Below, piece after piece: positions 21,090-31,546 of a stretch of 64,000 bases of DNA. A program made the position numbers and the translations under genes. Every line of letters begins with the position of its first letter. Position 1 is the first letter of the stretch. The notes under the pieces were generated by a model that was not told the origin of the DNA, searched no databases, and was given only the letters and a program-made list of their open reading frames with translations. Origin of the DNA: a virus (Duplodnaviria > Caudoviricetes); IMG/VR virus record IMGVR_UViG_3300014204_000110. One strand, 5' to 3'.

Positions 21090-21686
21090 TCATGTAATTA
21101 TTTCTCCAGTTTTACTATCGAATCGTACAAGATAACGTCTTAAGAATTGATTACCAATACGACAGTTTTCAAAGATATCTATATATCTAGATTTAAATAA
21201 TTGTTCTTCTTCTGTTACATTTCTTATCCAGATGCTATATTTAAATAAATTATATTTTTTATTAAGTTCTTCTATAGGACTATATATATGACCGTTTTTT
21301 GTAGGATCTTGTCTTATTTGAGATGTTATAATTATATGACCTTTTAATGAAGATTTGATCATTGGTATAACATTTCGGGAGACCATTAAAGCATCTCCAG
21401 GATCTAAAATAAGATAATCTATTTCGTAATTTATATACTCAAGAAAATTAATTAATAAACTTAAAGATTCTTTATGAAATATAACATTTTGATATACATC
21501 TTGATGGTATTTTTTAACAAACTCTTGATCTATGTCTTTAGATGGATTATAATATAATATACTTTTATTTTGATGTAAAAGCAAATTAGATAAATATAAT
21601 GTAAAAACAGTACTTCCATTACCAGAAGGTGCTGTAATAATTATATTATTGTCTAAGACAAATTCGTTTATAAGTTCTTTCAACAT
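21090..21686 (-). CDS. degenerate RecA-fold P-loop protein
   Basis: APSGNGST (Walker A Lys missing), YLILD, TSQIR. Confidence 0.55.
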   Translation of the reverse strand: MLKELINEFVLDNNIIITAPSGNGSTVFTLYLSNLLLHQNKSILYYNPSKDIDQEFVKKYHQDVYQNVIFHKESLSLLINFLEYINYEIDYLILDPGDALMVSRNVIPMIKSSLKGHIIITSQIRQDPTKNGHIYSPIEELNKKYNLFKYSIWIRNVTEEEQLFKSRYIDIFENCRIGNQFLRRYLVRFDSKTGEIIT

Positions 21687-22379
21687 CTGGTTTTGCTAAT
21701 TCTAAATTGTTATCTAATATTTTAACTATATTTTTATAATCACTGATAGCGCTATCATAGCTAAAATAATGATTTTCTTGATTTATATTAAATCTATCAA
21801 ATCTTTGATTAATAAATATAGAAAATAATAATGGTACATGATTTGCTGTTAAAGTATATTTAAAATTTAAAGATATATTATAATTTATTGCATTAATATA
21901 TTCTAATTCTAAAAATTGAGACCAAGGAATAATTTTATTAAAACATTCTTCTTTTGAACATTCAACTGGAATTTTACCATCAAGATAGAAATATCTCATA
22001 TTATTTACACAATACTCGTTTTAAATGTATTAAAAAATCTTCTATATCAAAAAATGGTTCTAATACTTGAATTTGTATTCCTTTTAAACTTTTATATAAT
22101 ATAAACCTATTATTATTCCAACTTAATCCCCAAATAGCATATTTATAACCATTACTATTTTTATGGTATGTTGGTCTTGATTTAAAAAGTTCACTAAGTT
22201 TACTTATTTGTTTTTTAAAATCACAATTAGCTTTAAGATTATGTGTATGATACCATCCTAATATTTCAAAAAATATAGAATGCAAAAAAACTCGTTTATT
22301 AGATTTTTGCATTAAATTTTCTATTCGAATAGTATCATACTCAAGTTGTTTAGTTTCATTTTTTGATAAAATAATCATA

Positions 22380-22577
22380 TTATCCTACATAATTTGGAAC
22401 ATAATCTGGTTGTAAATGCAAGTATCGTTCAGACTTATCTTCGGTGTGTGTTACCATTCCAAGTTGAGCTTCTAACTGACTGATAGCATCACACTGATCT
22501 CCAATAAATCCATCACATTCAGTAGTCATCTTACCAGTTTTTTTATTAATTTTTACAATTACTTTTTGCTGATTCAT
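22380..22577 (-). CDS. DUF2997-like protein
   Basis: VIVKINKKTGKMTTECDGFIGDQC....LEAQLG....EDKSE.Y. Confidence 0.7.
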   Translation of the reverse strand: MNQQKVIVKINKKTGKMTTECDGFIGDQCDAISQLEAQLGMVTHTEDKSERYLHLQPDYVPNYVG

Positions 22578-22587
22578 AATATTCTCC

Positions 22588-22998
22588 TTAACCTACGTAA
22601 CGTGTTAGTTCAAAACATATTTCATTATTGTTTTCTGTTCTAGTTCCTTCTTCAAGACTAAAGGATAGAGCAGCTAGACGTTCGATTACTTCTGCCTCTT
22701 TAGCGTGACTTGTAACCTCTTGAGACATGATCTCTGTATTATAACTCTTACCATTCTTATGAAGGCCGTAAAAGTCTCCTATAGCTTTATACGTACCATC
22801 AGACTGTTGTTTAAAACCAACACAACTATTGTTATCTGTTATAAGAATATCAACTTCTTCATGTACGCTATAATTACCTTTGGTTCTAAGAGTTTTTCCT
22901 TCTTCAGCTTCTAAGTATGAAAAGCCAAGACTGGTAAGACTTTTTAAAAGATATTCTTTATTGTTAAGCTCAAGCTTCACTTCTGATTTATGTGACAT
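22588..22998 (-). CDS. DUF1257/Ycf35-like protein
   Basis: MSH.S.V...L.N...L..SL..LG...VGF....DGTY..IGDFYG. Confidence 0.75.
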   Translation of the reverse strand: MSHKSEVKLELNNKEYLLKSLTSLGFSYLEAEEGKTLRTKGNYSVHEEVDILITDNNSCVGFKQQSDGTYKAIGDFYGLHKNGKSYNTEIMSQEVTSHAKEAEVIERLAALSFSLEEGTRTENNNEICFELTRYVG

Positions 22999-23025
22999 TT
23001 TTGTAACTCCTTGATTTAATTAGAT

Positions 23026-24771
23026 TTAAATAACTATATCATCTGTTCTAAGATTGACTTTAGTTTTCTTTTGTTTAGTTTCTTTTGGTTTAATAATTCC
23101 TGAAGATACGTTATTAGCATTATCTTCTGACCATTTTCTCATTGATGAGATTTTTTCTTTACCAACTTTTGTAATAGGTTTAATTTTTCTTAGTGTTTCT
23201 AAGATATCATCAGTTGTGATGTCATCTTTACCACCTATTTCAATTTCCTTTCCTTTTCCAAGAGCAAATTTGTTTCTAAGAGCATCTTTGATACTACTTT
23301 CTATTTCTGCTCCAGTAATAACAAATTTAGTTCCATCTAGATCTTCATATTCATAACTTGCTAGTTTATTTATGTCAAACTTTGATGGATCTCTTTCTCG
23401 TTTAGAGATATGAATTTTAAAGATTTCTTTACGTTCTTCACTATTTGGAACATCAGAAAACCAAATTTCATCAAATCGACCTTTACGTAAAAGTGCTGGA
23501 TGATTTGCTCTTATTGTACTAATATCATTAGCTGTAGCTATAAGTAACATTCCAGGATGTTCTTCATTAAGCCAATTTAAGAATGTTCCAATGACTCTAT
23601 TGGTTGTTCCGCCGTCTGTTTTGTCTGAACTTCCTGCTCCAGATAGTGCTTTATCAATTTCATCTATAACGACAACTCCACCAACAGCATCTGCAAGTGT
23701 AAGACCTTGTCTTGCTCTTTTCTCGCTTTCACCCATCAAAGATCCAAATACTTTACCAATGTCAAATTTAATAAGACTTGTCTTGAGTTCATGAGCAATT
23801 GCTTTAGCAATTAAAGTTTTACCACTACCTTCAACTCCAATAAGCATAATTGCTTTTGGTGGTTCAGTTTTAAATTTGATTGCATTATCAGCATTTTGTA
23901 TAACTGTTTTTTGTGTAGATATCCAGTTTTTAATATTATTAAATCCACCGACTTGATTTAAATCATCTGTACTATTCCAGAATTCTAGAATATCAGATTT
24001 ATTAATAATTGATTTCTTTTCTTCTATTATACTAGCAACATCAATCTTTTTTAATGTTACCATGCTGTATTGTAAAGTATTAATAATCTGATCTTCAGTA
24101 AGACCACAACATGCACGAGCTATATCATCTTCAACGTATTCTGGATTAATTTTATCAGAAGCATTATATTTTTTATTATGATCAGCTATTTGGTTATTTG
24201 TATCTTTAAGAAGTAGTAAAATCTCATCATAAGTGGGATAATTAAGTTTAATAAATACAGTATCTTTCTCAATTTCAGTTGGAACTGTGATACCGTATCC
24301 AGTTATAACTATTGTTGAATTAGCTGTAGAAGCTAGATAGACAAGATCTTTTAGCTTTCTAAGAATAACTGGATCTTTAAAGAATTTATCAAGATCTCTT
24401 AATACGTAGATATTTCGTTTTTCATTATTTACATCAGTAACAGTTTTTCCACGACAATCTTCTTCTATAACTGCAAATGCATATGCTGGATTCTGTCGAG
24501 TATCAAACTTTCCACCACTTCCAAGACGTGCTTGTGCACTTGGAAATTTATGTGGAAAGAATCTGTTTACATTGATTTTATTTCGATCAATTTCATGCAA
24601 TCCTTGACCAATTGACCAAAAGTTTACTACATCGTCTGGATATTTCTTTAATATCTCACGAATAACTCTTGTTTCTTCTGGAGTATCTATAAAGATTAAT
24701 CCAGCACTACAATCGATACGATCAAAAACAGGCTTAAATGTTTCAATTACAGTAAGTTTCTTTTTGCTCAT
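23026..24771 (-). CDS. AAA+ ATPase, Ycf46-like, with C-terminal NLR tag
   Basis: VGGFNNIKNW, GVEGSGKT, IDEIDK, ATAN, LLRKGRFDEIWF; ends KVNLRTDDIVI*. Confidence 0.9.
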   Translation of the reverse strand: MSKKKLTVIETFKPVFDRIDCSAGLIFIDTPEETRVIREILKKYPDDVVNFWSIGQGLHEIDRNKINVNRFFPHKFPSAQARLGSGGKFDTRQNPAYAFAVIEEDCRGKTVTDVNNEKRNIYVLRDLDKFFKDPVILRKLKDLVYLASTANSTIVITGYGITVPTEIEKDTVFIKLNYPTYDEILLLLKDTNNQIADHNKKYNASDKINPEYVEDDIARACCGLTEDQIINTLQYSMVTLKKIDVASIIEEKKSIINKSDILEFWNSTDDLNQVGGFNNIKNWISTQKTVIQNADNAIKFKTEPPKAIMLIGVEGSGKTLIAKAIAHELKTSLIKFDIGKVFGSLMGESEKRARQGLTLADAVGGVVVIDEIDKALSGAGSSDKTDGGTTNRVIGTFLNWLNEEHPGMLLIATANDISTIRANHPALLRKGRFDEIWFSDVPNSEERKEIFKIHISKRERDPSKFDINKLASYEYEDLDGTKFVITGAEIESSIKDALRNKFALGKGKEIEIGGKDDITTDDILETLRKIKPITKVGKEKISSMRKWSEDNANNVSSGIIKPKETKQKKTKVNLRTDDIVI

Positions 24772-24812
24772 TATTACCTTCTTGTTTATATGAAAATATT
24801 ATGTTAATCAAG

Positions 24813-25670
24813 TTAGATGATGCCATAAATTTCAAGGTTAGGATTTAGTGGTAGGAATAAATTCTGGTAAGTCGCAGATTTTATCGGGACATAGCCCGCT
24901 TCTTCCGCGTATTCACTTTCACACACTGGACTTGGATTTATTGCATATAATACTTTTTTAAATTTTCTTGATTTAATATCAAAATAACCATTTGCGTGTA
25001 AAAACATTTTATGAAAATGACCAAAAATAAATATATCTACTCCTGGAAATGAACTTTGTTTCTTTCTAAAAGCTCTTAGTATAGCTTCAGGAGATCCAGC
25101 ATCTGTTTTTGATGGTCTATGAGCGACGTATATTTTAAAAGTACGTTCCATATCTAGACGTTTATTATATATTGTAAGATCTACTATTGCTTGGATTCCT
25201 AGATATAATGTCTTTGATTGTTCACACATTTCTTTTGTAAGCCATTGTGCTGCTACTTTTCGTGTGCGATATTCATGATTACCATCTACGCTAACAGAAA
25301 GAACATTATTATAAATATTGTCTTTCTTTTTATTTATTGTTTTAAGATTATTTAACTTGGATTCACCATATAATGTTTTATTTGTATTTGTTAAAACATC
25401 GATCATATGAGTTTTTTGAACTGATGGATCGGCTAGTTCAGCGTCATAATTATGACCTACTGATGTTTTAAGCTGATTTTCTATCAGATCACCAGTAAAT
25501 ATTCGAAAAATATTTCCATTATGTTGTGTTGCTATTGTATTTAATTCTGTTTCAAGATAATCTTTAGAAACTCCATTAACTCCGTAATGAAAGTCTCCTG
25601 CTATGTTTAAAATCAGTTCTGATCCCTCTATCTGATTTCGTATCTTGAACACTGGTACTGTGTCTGACAT
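24813..25670 (-). CDS. calcineurin-like metallophosphoesterase
   Basis: GDFHYG, GDLIE, GNHE, GHFH. Confidence 0.85.
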   Translation of the reverse strand: MSDTVPVFKIRNQIEGSELILNIAGDFHYGVNGVSKDYLETELNTIATQHNGNIFRIFTGDLIENQLKTSVGHNYDAELADPSVQKTHMIDVLTNTNKTLYGESKLNNLKTINKKKDNIYNNVLSVSVDGNHEYRTRKVAAQWLTKEMCEQSKTLYLGIQAIVDLTIYNKRLDMERTFKIYVAHRPSKTDAGSPEAILRAFRKKQSSFPGVDIFIFGHFHKMFLHANGYFDIKSRKFKKVLYAINPSPVCESEYAEEAGYVPIKSATYQNLFLPLNPNLEIYGII

Positions 25671-26409
25671 CTGTATCTCCTAACCATTGTGAATATATAC
25701 ACTTTGGTGTTAAGTTTGAATCCATAAAGTTAACTATATCTGTTGTATTAAATGAAGGAATTTCATGTCCTTCTTTTTCATATGGACATTTTCTTACTGT
25801 TCCATCGTAATTTATATCTATATAATTATGTTCATATGGACAGTGTCCATTTAAAAGCCAACTAGATAAACAAGTATCTAAATTTTGTGAAAGATCAAAA
25901 CGATTATAAAAAAGTTTAAGAAAAGTATATAATCCTGCTTTACCAATTTGTTCTAGATATTTAAGTTCAATGATAAAACAAAGTTTTCCAGTAAGTATGT
26001 TCATTAAACCTTCAGCGAATTTTAATGTATAATTATCTTTAATTAAAAATAACTTCTGATGATCTGGATATTCTGAACATATTTTATGAATATTATAATC
26101 ATATACTGAAATCTGAATTTTATTTGTGCAATCTTTTATCAATGATTCTGGAAAATCTTTAATAATTTCTGAAGAAATTGTTATATTATAATTTTTTAAA
26201 GCTTGAATACCGCGTATTTCATTTCTATAACATATAGATTCATATACTTTAAAAGTATATATTAAGTTACTAATTTTTTCTTGACTTATACAATTATAAT
26301 TAGCTGAAGGTTTTCGATTTAATAAGTAACATATATTTTTATTAGTACATTCGTTTTGACATCTATGTAAATGAAATGAAACTATTTTATTTGAACAATC
26401 CTGTTCCAT
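25576..26409 (-). CDS. divergent radical-SAM/SPASM-like protein
   Basis: CQNEC.....CY near N-terminus; C...IDINYDGTVRKCPY...C near C-terminus. Confidence 0.4.
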   Translation of the reverse strand: MEQDCSNKIVSFHLHRCQNECTNKNICYLLNRKPSANYNCISQEKISNLIYTFKVYESICYRNEIRGIQALKNYNITISSEIIKDFPESLIKDCTNKIQISVYDYNIHKICSEYPDHQKLFLIKDNYTLKFAEGLMNILTGKLCFIIELKYLEQIGKAGLYTFLKLFYNRFDLSQNLDTCLSSWLLNGHCPYEHNYIDINYDGTVRKCPYEKEGHEIPSFNTTDIVNFMDSNLTPKCIYSQWLGDTDVRHSTSVQDTKSDRGIRTDFKHSRRLSLRS

Positions 26410-26830
26410 CTATATCTCCGATATGAGGTGATGTTTTAAGATCTTTATCAAATGTACCATCTCTCATCTTTTTGGCTGCTTCAATGAAACTATTCCCATA
26501 TATTTCTAGAGATTCAGCAATATGCTCATTACGTTCACTTTCGATAGGTTCTTCAACTACATGTACTATTTTCCAATCTTTATCCTTTTTAATACTTCTT
26601 ACAAGCCATCCAAGAACAAAACCATCTGATGTCCTTGGATCTGCTGTAAGAGCAAGACCAAGATTGTAAATTTCATCGCACAGTTCTTTCTTTTCTTCAA
26701 AAAGCTTAGTAGAAGTATCAAACAAGTCTTTTAGATCAATTTGTTCTCCATTGTGATTAATTGAAACTTTATGAAGTTTTCCATCGATCCAATACCATTT
26801 GATTTCTTTAGTGTCCTTACTCTTAAACAT
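26387..26830 (-). CDS. hypothetical protein
   Basis: 147-aa ORF in gene train. Confidence 0.55.
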   Translation of the reverse strand: MFKSKDTKEIKWYWIDGKLHKVSINHNGEQIDLKDLFDTSTKLFEEKKELCDEIYNLGLALTADPRTSDGFVLGWLVRSIKKDKDWKIVHVVEEPIESERNEHIAESLEIYGNSFIEAAKKMRDGTFDKDLKTSPHIGDIDGTGLFK

Positions 26831-26850
26831 TCTTGGCCTTTCGTTATATT

Positions 26851-27240
26851 TTAAAACGGCAATCGATCTTCTTGATTTGTAGTTTCAGTTACTTGAACTG
26901 GAGTAATTTCCAATACTCGTATTTCTCTTGGATATACTTTTTTACCAGTTTTAGGATCATCGTATGCTGTTCCAACAGTTTCAGTACCTTTGCAATCAAT
27001 GATATTTCCAAGTTGAAGGATATTTTTAATATCATTAACTTTTTCTTGATCTGCTGTCCAAAAATTACATTTTTCAAAAACAAATGGACTATTACTTACT
27101 CTATCATTTACTCGTGTTTTAATCTGAAAATTAATAATCCATCCAGGTTTTTCACCTTTAGTTTGATTAATTCGAGTTGTTTCATTACTGTCTTTTTTAA
27201 CTGGACATATTTCAGCATGTGTAAGTTCTACTTTTTTCAT
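26851..27240 (-). CDS. ssb: single-stranded DNA-binding protein (OB fold)
   Basis: OB-like pattern (INFQI...CNFW...LGNIIDCKG..Y.D..G) and acidic tail QEDRLPF. Confidence 0.75.
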   Translation of the reverse strand: MKKVELTHAEICPVKKDSNETTRINQTKGEKPGWIINFQIKTRVNDRVSNSPFVFEKCNFWTADQEKVNDIKNILQLGNIIDCKGTETVGTAYDDPKTGKKVYPREIRVLEITPVQVTETTNQEDRLPF

Positions 27241-27253
27241 CTATTTCTCCTTA

Positions 27254-27358
27254 TAAGATTAATATGGTTCTCAACTACGTGTTTATCTGGCCGTGAGTTC
27301 ACCCATAGAACCATATGGTAACGCTTCTATCTCGCACGTAATATGAATATTAATCTTA
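27254..27358 (-). promoter_or_regulatory. structured 5' leader of ssb (two long helices plus pseudoknot)
   Basis: 27254-65 pairs 27347-58; 27262-71 pairs 27307-16; 27276-81 pairs 27335-40; ends next to the AAGGAG RBS. Confidence 0.55.
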
Positions 27359-27362
27359 ATTT

Positions 27363-27548
27363 TTAGTTTCTATCTCGTGTAAGATTACCAAGCTTTGTAG
27401 CAATACTTCGGCTTGTATACGAGAGTAATCTAGATGTAGCGAATCGGCTACAATTAATATGATCAGCAATCTGTCTTGCTGTCCAACCTTTTTGTCTTCC
27501 TGATAGAATCATTTGATTGATTCTTTTTGGAAACTTTGACTTTGACAT
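27363..27548 (-). CDS. small basic HTH-like protein
   Basis: AAGGAG RBS; KGWTARQIADHIN; overlaps the Clp gene 3' end. Confidence 0.5.
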   Translation of the reverse strand: MSKSKFPKRINQMILSGRQKGWTARQIADHINCSRFATSRLLSYTSRSIATKLGNLTRDRN

Positions 27549-29544
27549 TACTTTTCTCCTTTGAGAGTGTTTGAAAAACTTGTCTTGGTATTTCTGAAGA
27601 TAATTTAGATATAACATCATGACCATTTTTAGAATCAGATGTTATTTGAGCTTTTAAAGATTTTGTATCAATCTTAATATTATACATATTAAGATAATAA
27701 TCTAAGTTTTTATCATAAATATTTGAAATATCATTTTCATTTAATTTATTAAACACAATGATTTCGTCACTTATATTTACAACATCTTCTCCGATTAATT
27801 CTTTTAACTTATCTTTAGAAAGTTCATTACTATCTTTTTTATCTTCGTTTATACTAAAACCCATTGTTTTTGTTTGTTTATTATATAGACTTTCTAGGTC
27901 TTTTTCTTCTAATGTTACTGAAAAAATTATTATTGTATTATTTAACTTAGCTTCACGTTCAGCACTATCTGTCATTTTACCAGTTCTACAACAATCAACT
28001 ATGTAACTTTTTATAGTATCATGTGCATGATTTATTCCTCTGAAATAAACGACACTTAAAGGATTTGTTCTTACTGCTTTTATAAGTCCTCCAGATTTGG
28101 CATAACCTACATATCCAGGAGGTGCACCTTTAAGTTCTGTAAGTGAAAATTCTTGTTTAAATCCACTCATATCATAATCAATAAAATAATTTTTAGATCC
28201 AAATAGATATTGTGAAAGTAATTGTGCTGAAGTTTTTTTACCACAACCACTTGGACCGATATATAAAAGTATTGATATTGGACGTTCACGATCATATTTA
28301 ACATTTTTAAATATATTAACAATATTTGATAATTTATCTATTTGTTCATTCTGTCCAAATATATTAGATTTGAGTTCAGTAGAAATAAAATTATAGTCTA
28401 GACTATTTTCAATTTGATCATAATCAACACCTGTTACTGAAGATATTGCTAAGTTAATATATTTATCTGTTAAAACTCGTTTACCTGCTATTGTAACTAT
28501 ACTTTCAAGTTCTTTTCTATTTTTATCTAAACTTAACAATTTATTATCTGATTGTAATATATTAACATCAGTTTGTTTAATTTCACGTTCATACATGATT
28601 GAACAAGCGATGTCTAGAATATCTAATGATTTATCTGGATTCTTTCTTGTTCCTAAAAATCTACTTCCAGTTTCTACAAGTTTCTTACATATTTCATTTG
28701 GGATTATACATTTATGATGATCTTCATATACACTTTTTGTACCGATTATCATCTTAATTGTTTCTTCAATATTTGGCTCATTAACTGGAATTACTGTAAA
28801 TCTACGTTCTAGAGCACTATCCTCTGTTATAATAGAATGATATTCATTTATTGTTGTACTTCCTATAAAACGTATCTTTTCAGTAAGATAAGGTTTAAGA
28901 ATGTCATTCATCTTATGACCAAGAAGTTGATGTACTTCATCTATAAATAGAATTACTTTATCATATTCAGAAGCTTTTTCAAGTATGTTTATAATAACTG
29001 TTATTGGATCGTCTTTATGTTTTGATAAGATATAAGGAACGTCCATATTGAGAATATAACAACCTTTAAGTTGTCTAGGAACTGTACGTTCAATAAGTCT
29101 AGCATTTACGGCGTTGACAAGTGCAGTTTTTCCCACGCCTGCTGGTCCGATAAGTATACAACCTCGTTTATTCTTTTTACTTAAAGTTAAAAGAATGCTT
29201 TCTATTTCTTTATCTCGACCTGTAATAATATTACCTTGTTGATATTTCATTATCTTACAAGGAGAAAGTTCTTTAAAATTTAAACTAAGTGGTGAATATG
29301 ATAATGAATCAGTTTCTATAATTTTTATAGATGTAGCTATAAGATTTTTAATGTCATTTATAGATGTATAAATACCATCAGGGAGTTGAGAAGACAGATT
29401 ATCTATAAATATATTTTCAGTTATTTTATCTTTTATGTCATAACTTTTGACGATATTTAAAGCTTGAGATGTAAAAATATCTGTAATATTTTTAGAAACA
29501 AATAACTTAAATAAGTTTTCAACTGATGGAGATAATTTAATCAT
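27463..29544 (-). CDS. ClpA/ClpC-like double AAA+ protein with degenerate second module
   Basis: GRDKEI, GPAGVGKT, FIDEVH, ALERRF, PDKSLDILD; D2 GPSGCGKK, GAPPGYVGY, MGF loop. Confidence 0.9.
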   Translation of the reverse strand: MIKLSPSVENLFKLFVSKNITDIFTSQALNIVKSYDIKDKITENIFIDNLSSQLPDGIYTSINDIKNLIATSIKIIETDSLSYSPLSLNFKELSPCKIMKYQQGNIITGRDKEIESILLTLSKKNKRGCILIGPAGVGKTALVNAVNARLIERTVPRQLKGCYILNMDVPYILSKHKDDPITVIINILEKASEYDKVILFIDEVHQLLGHKMNDILKPYLTEKIRFIGSTTINEYHSIITEDSALERRFTVIPVNEPNIEETIKMIIGTKSVYEDHHKCIIPNEICKKLVETGSRFLGTRKNPDKSLDILDIACSIMYEREIKQTDVNILQSDNKLLSLDKNRKELESIVTIAGKRVLTDKYINLAISSVTGVDYDQIENSLDYNFISTELKSNIFGQNEQIDKLSNIVNIFKNVKYDRERPISILLYIGPSGCGKKTSAQLLSQYLFGSKNYFIDYDMSGFKQEFSLTELKGAPPGYVGYAKSGGLIKAVRTNPLSVVYFRGINHAHDTIKSYIVDCCRTGKMTDSAEREAKLNNTIIIFSVTLEEKDLESLYNKQTKTMGFSINEDKKDSNELSKDKLKELIGEDVVNISDEIIVFNKLNENDISNIYDKNLDYYLNMYNIKIDTKSLKAQITSDSKNGHDVISKLSSEIPRQVFQTLSKEKSNVKVKVSKKNQSNDSIRKTKRLDSKTDC

Positions 29545-29896
29545 ATAAGTCCCTGTGTAAGATACCATTCAATAAATTGAGAATCGTTTATTCTTAGATC
29601 ACTTTGGTAATCTACATAATTAATTATTCTTTTTTCAAGTGTTGGATAATTTTTAATATTTTTAGATGTTACTAAAATAGGCTTACACATAAAATTAAGT
29701 AATCCCATTTCTATAACTGTAACTTCATTTATACTATTAATAACCGCCAATTTAATATTAGGAATCATTATAATATTTAATGAATCATTAAGTGTCCAAG
29801 TAGATAAATCTAATCCTAAAAGAATATCTAGATGTAATCTATCTTTTATTTTTGCTTTAATAACATCACAACAACTATCTGTATAAATCAGATTAT

Positions 29897-30448
29897 TTAA
29901 CATAAAATCTCTTTTTTGTTATAAGTTATTATCTTTGCTATAGGAAATAATTCTTTTTGACGATTAAATTTAATTTTAGCAGATTTAAACTCGTTTCCAT
30001 TAAGATCTAAAATACTTTTTAATGAAATAGGATTATTAATTATGTTAAATATTTCAGAAATTGAGGAATTATATTCCAATCCTGTAATTATATTTAAAAT
30101 ATTAATGTCTGTATTTAATACTTTAATAAGCCATTCGTTATACTGTTTAGCTCCTTCACTAAGCCATATAGATGCTGTAAGATTTCTTGTGAAGTACTTA
30201 TTATAATAAGAATTTTTAGATAATAAAGTCTTTGTAGGAGATATAAGATAATATCCTAATTTACCTGTGTTTTCTAAAATACCAGAACGTTCAAATGATT
30301 TAAGAACGTTTCGTATAGTAATATGTGATATTTCTAGATGTTCTGATAAAGTTTGTACTGATGGAATTTTTTGATTAATGATCCAAGTACCTCTAGAGAT
30401 CATTTTTTTAACGTAAATACTACATCGTTTGCTCGCTCTGTACTTCAT
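29897..30448 (-). CDS. GntR-type winged-helix protein
   Basis: KIPSVQTLSEHLEISHITIRNVLKSFE..G.L....LGYY. Confidence 0.75.
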   Translation of the reverse strand: MKYRASKRCSIYVKKMISRGTWIINQKIPSVQTLSEHLEISHITIRNVLKSFERSGILENTGKLGYYLISPTKTLLSKNSYYNKYFTRNLTASIWLSEGAKQYNEWLIKVLNTDINILNIITGLEYNSSISEIFNIINNPISLKSILDLNGNEFKSAKIKFNRQKELFPIAKIITYNKKEILC

Positions 30449-30761
30449 TTGGATACTCCAATTGTATGTAAAGTTCTATATAATGTTTAATTTTTTTCAG
30501 ATCTTCAATACCATTTTTATCCATATATCTACATATATATTTAATTACATTACCTTGAAAGAAATTAAGCTTATTTTTAATTATAAATTCAACTGGTTGT
30601 ATTACAAAATTTTTATAATGATTTCCACCAATTTGAGTGCTAAGAGGATTATTATCACGACTAAAAATAGCTTTAGGTTTATCTTTAAAAGTATTTACTT
30701 TGTGAGTTCCAGGAGGATCTGGAACGTATTTAGTTTCAACAAATTTATCTTGAGTTTCCAT
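30420..30761 (-). CDS. DUF3310 / T7 gp1.7-like nucleotide kinase
   Basis: QIGGNHYK..IQPVEFI....NFFQGNVIKYICRY..KNGIEDLKK..HY. Confidence 0.85.
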   Translation of the reverse strand: METQDKFVETKYVPDPPGTHKVNTFKDKPKAIFSRDNNPLSTQIGGNHYKNFVIQPVEFIIKNKLNFFQGNVIKYICRYMDKNGIEDLKKIKHYIELYIQLEYPNEVQSEQTM

Positions 30762-31213
30762 TAGAAGTACCTATTTCTAGTATCAAAAGTAACTGTTACG
30801 CATTGTTTATATTTATTTTTTTGAATATTTTTATTTTTGATGAATATATTAAAATATCTTAAATGTTGTTCAACTTTTCTTATACATATACATAATGACT
30901 CTTTTGTAAATAATATATGATTAATGTTTTGAAGATTTAAATTTAAATTAATATTACCTAAACAATATGTATGTCCTCTATAATTTAAATTAGTAGTAAA
31001 AATAGTAGCATTATCTTCAATTATTATATATATATTTGTATTATGTTTTTGACAGATTGGAGTAAATATTTCTATAAGTTGTTTTTCAAGTTGTTCATTT
31101 TGAAAAGTAATATCATTTTCAATTTCTTTTTTCTTTTTACAATACGATGTTCTCTTCTTGAATAGTTCTATTAAGTTTTCTATCGGTGAGTTCAGATCTT
31201 TTCTCAAGTTCAT
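30761..31213 (-). CDS. hypothetical protein with N-terminal NLR tag
   Basis: starts MNLRKD after AAGGAG RBS. Confidence 0.6.
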   Translation of the reverse strand: MNLRKDLNSPIENLIELFKKRTSYCKKKKEIENDITFQNEQLEKQLIEIFTPICQKHNTNIYIIIEDNATIFTTNLNYRGHTYCLGNINLNLNLQNINHILFTKESLCICIRKVEQHLRYFNIFIKNKNIQKNKYKQCVTVTFDTRNRYF

Positions 31214-31294
31214 TAGATTTCTCCTTAAAGATATTATTCCAGTGTTCTTCAGTTACAAACATTCCTATTGGAAAATTTCCACGAGATTTACTAC

Positions 31295-31546
31295 TCATTG
31301 CACATCTCCATTAACTCTACATTGTTCTTCTTCATAGGGTGCAAGAAATCTACGACGAATTTCAGCTCCACATTCTGTAAGTTCTGCAATAAAATTTCGA
31401 TAATTTTGATAAGATGGAGAAATAGTATCCTTACAAAACTTAAAAAGAAGATAATTAAGTCTGCCATCTGGTTGTACTACTTCTTTCATACTTTCAACTA
31501 TTTTATCAATATGTATTCTATCAATGTCTGATTTTATATATGGCAT
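31295..31546 (-). CDS. conserved phage protein (MPYIK family)
   Basis: MPYIK...G.LNY...Y......L.....E..RR..APYE......NGDV. Confidence 0.7.
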   Translation of the reverse strand: MPYIKSDIDRIHIDKIVESMKEVVQPDGRLNYLLFKFCKDTISPSYQNYRNFIAELTECGAEIRRRFLAPYEEEQCRVNGDVQ

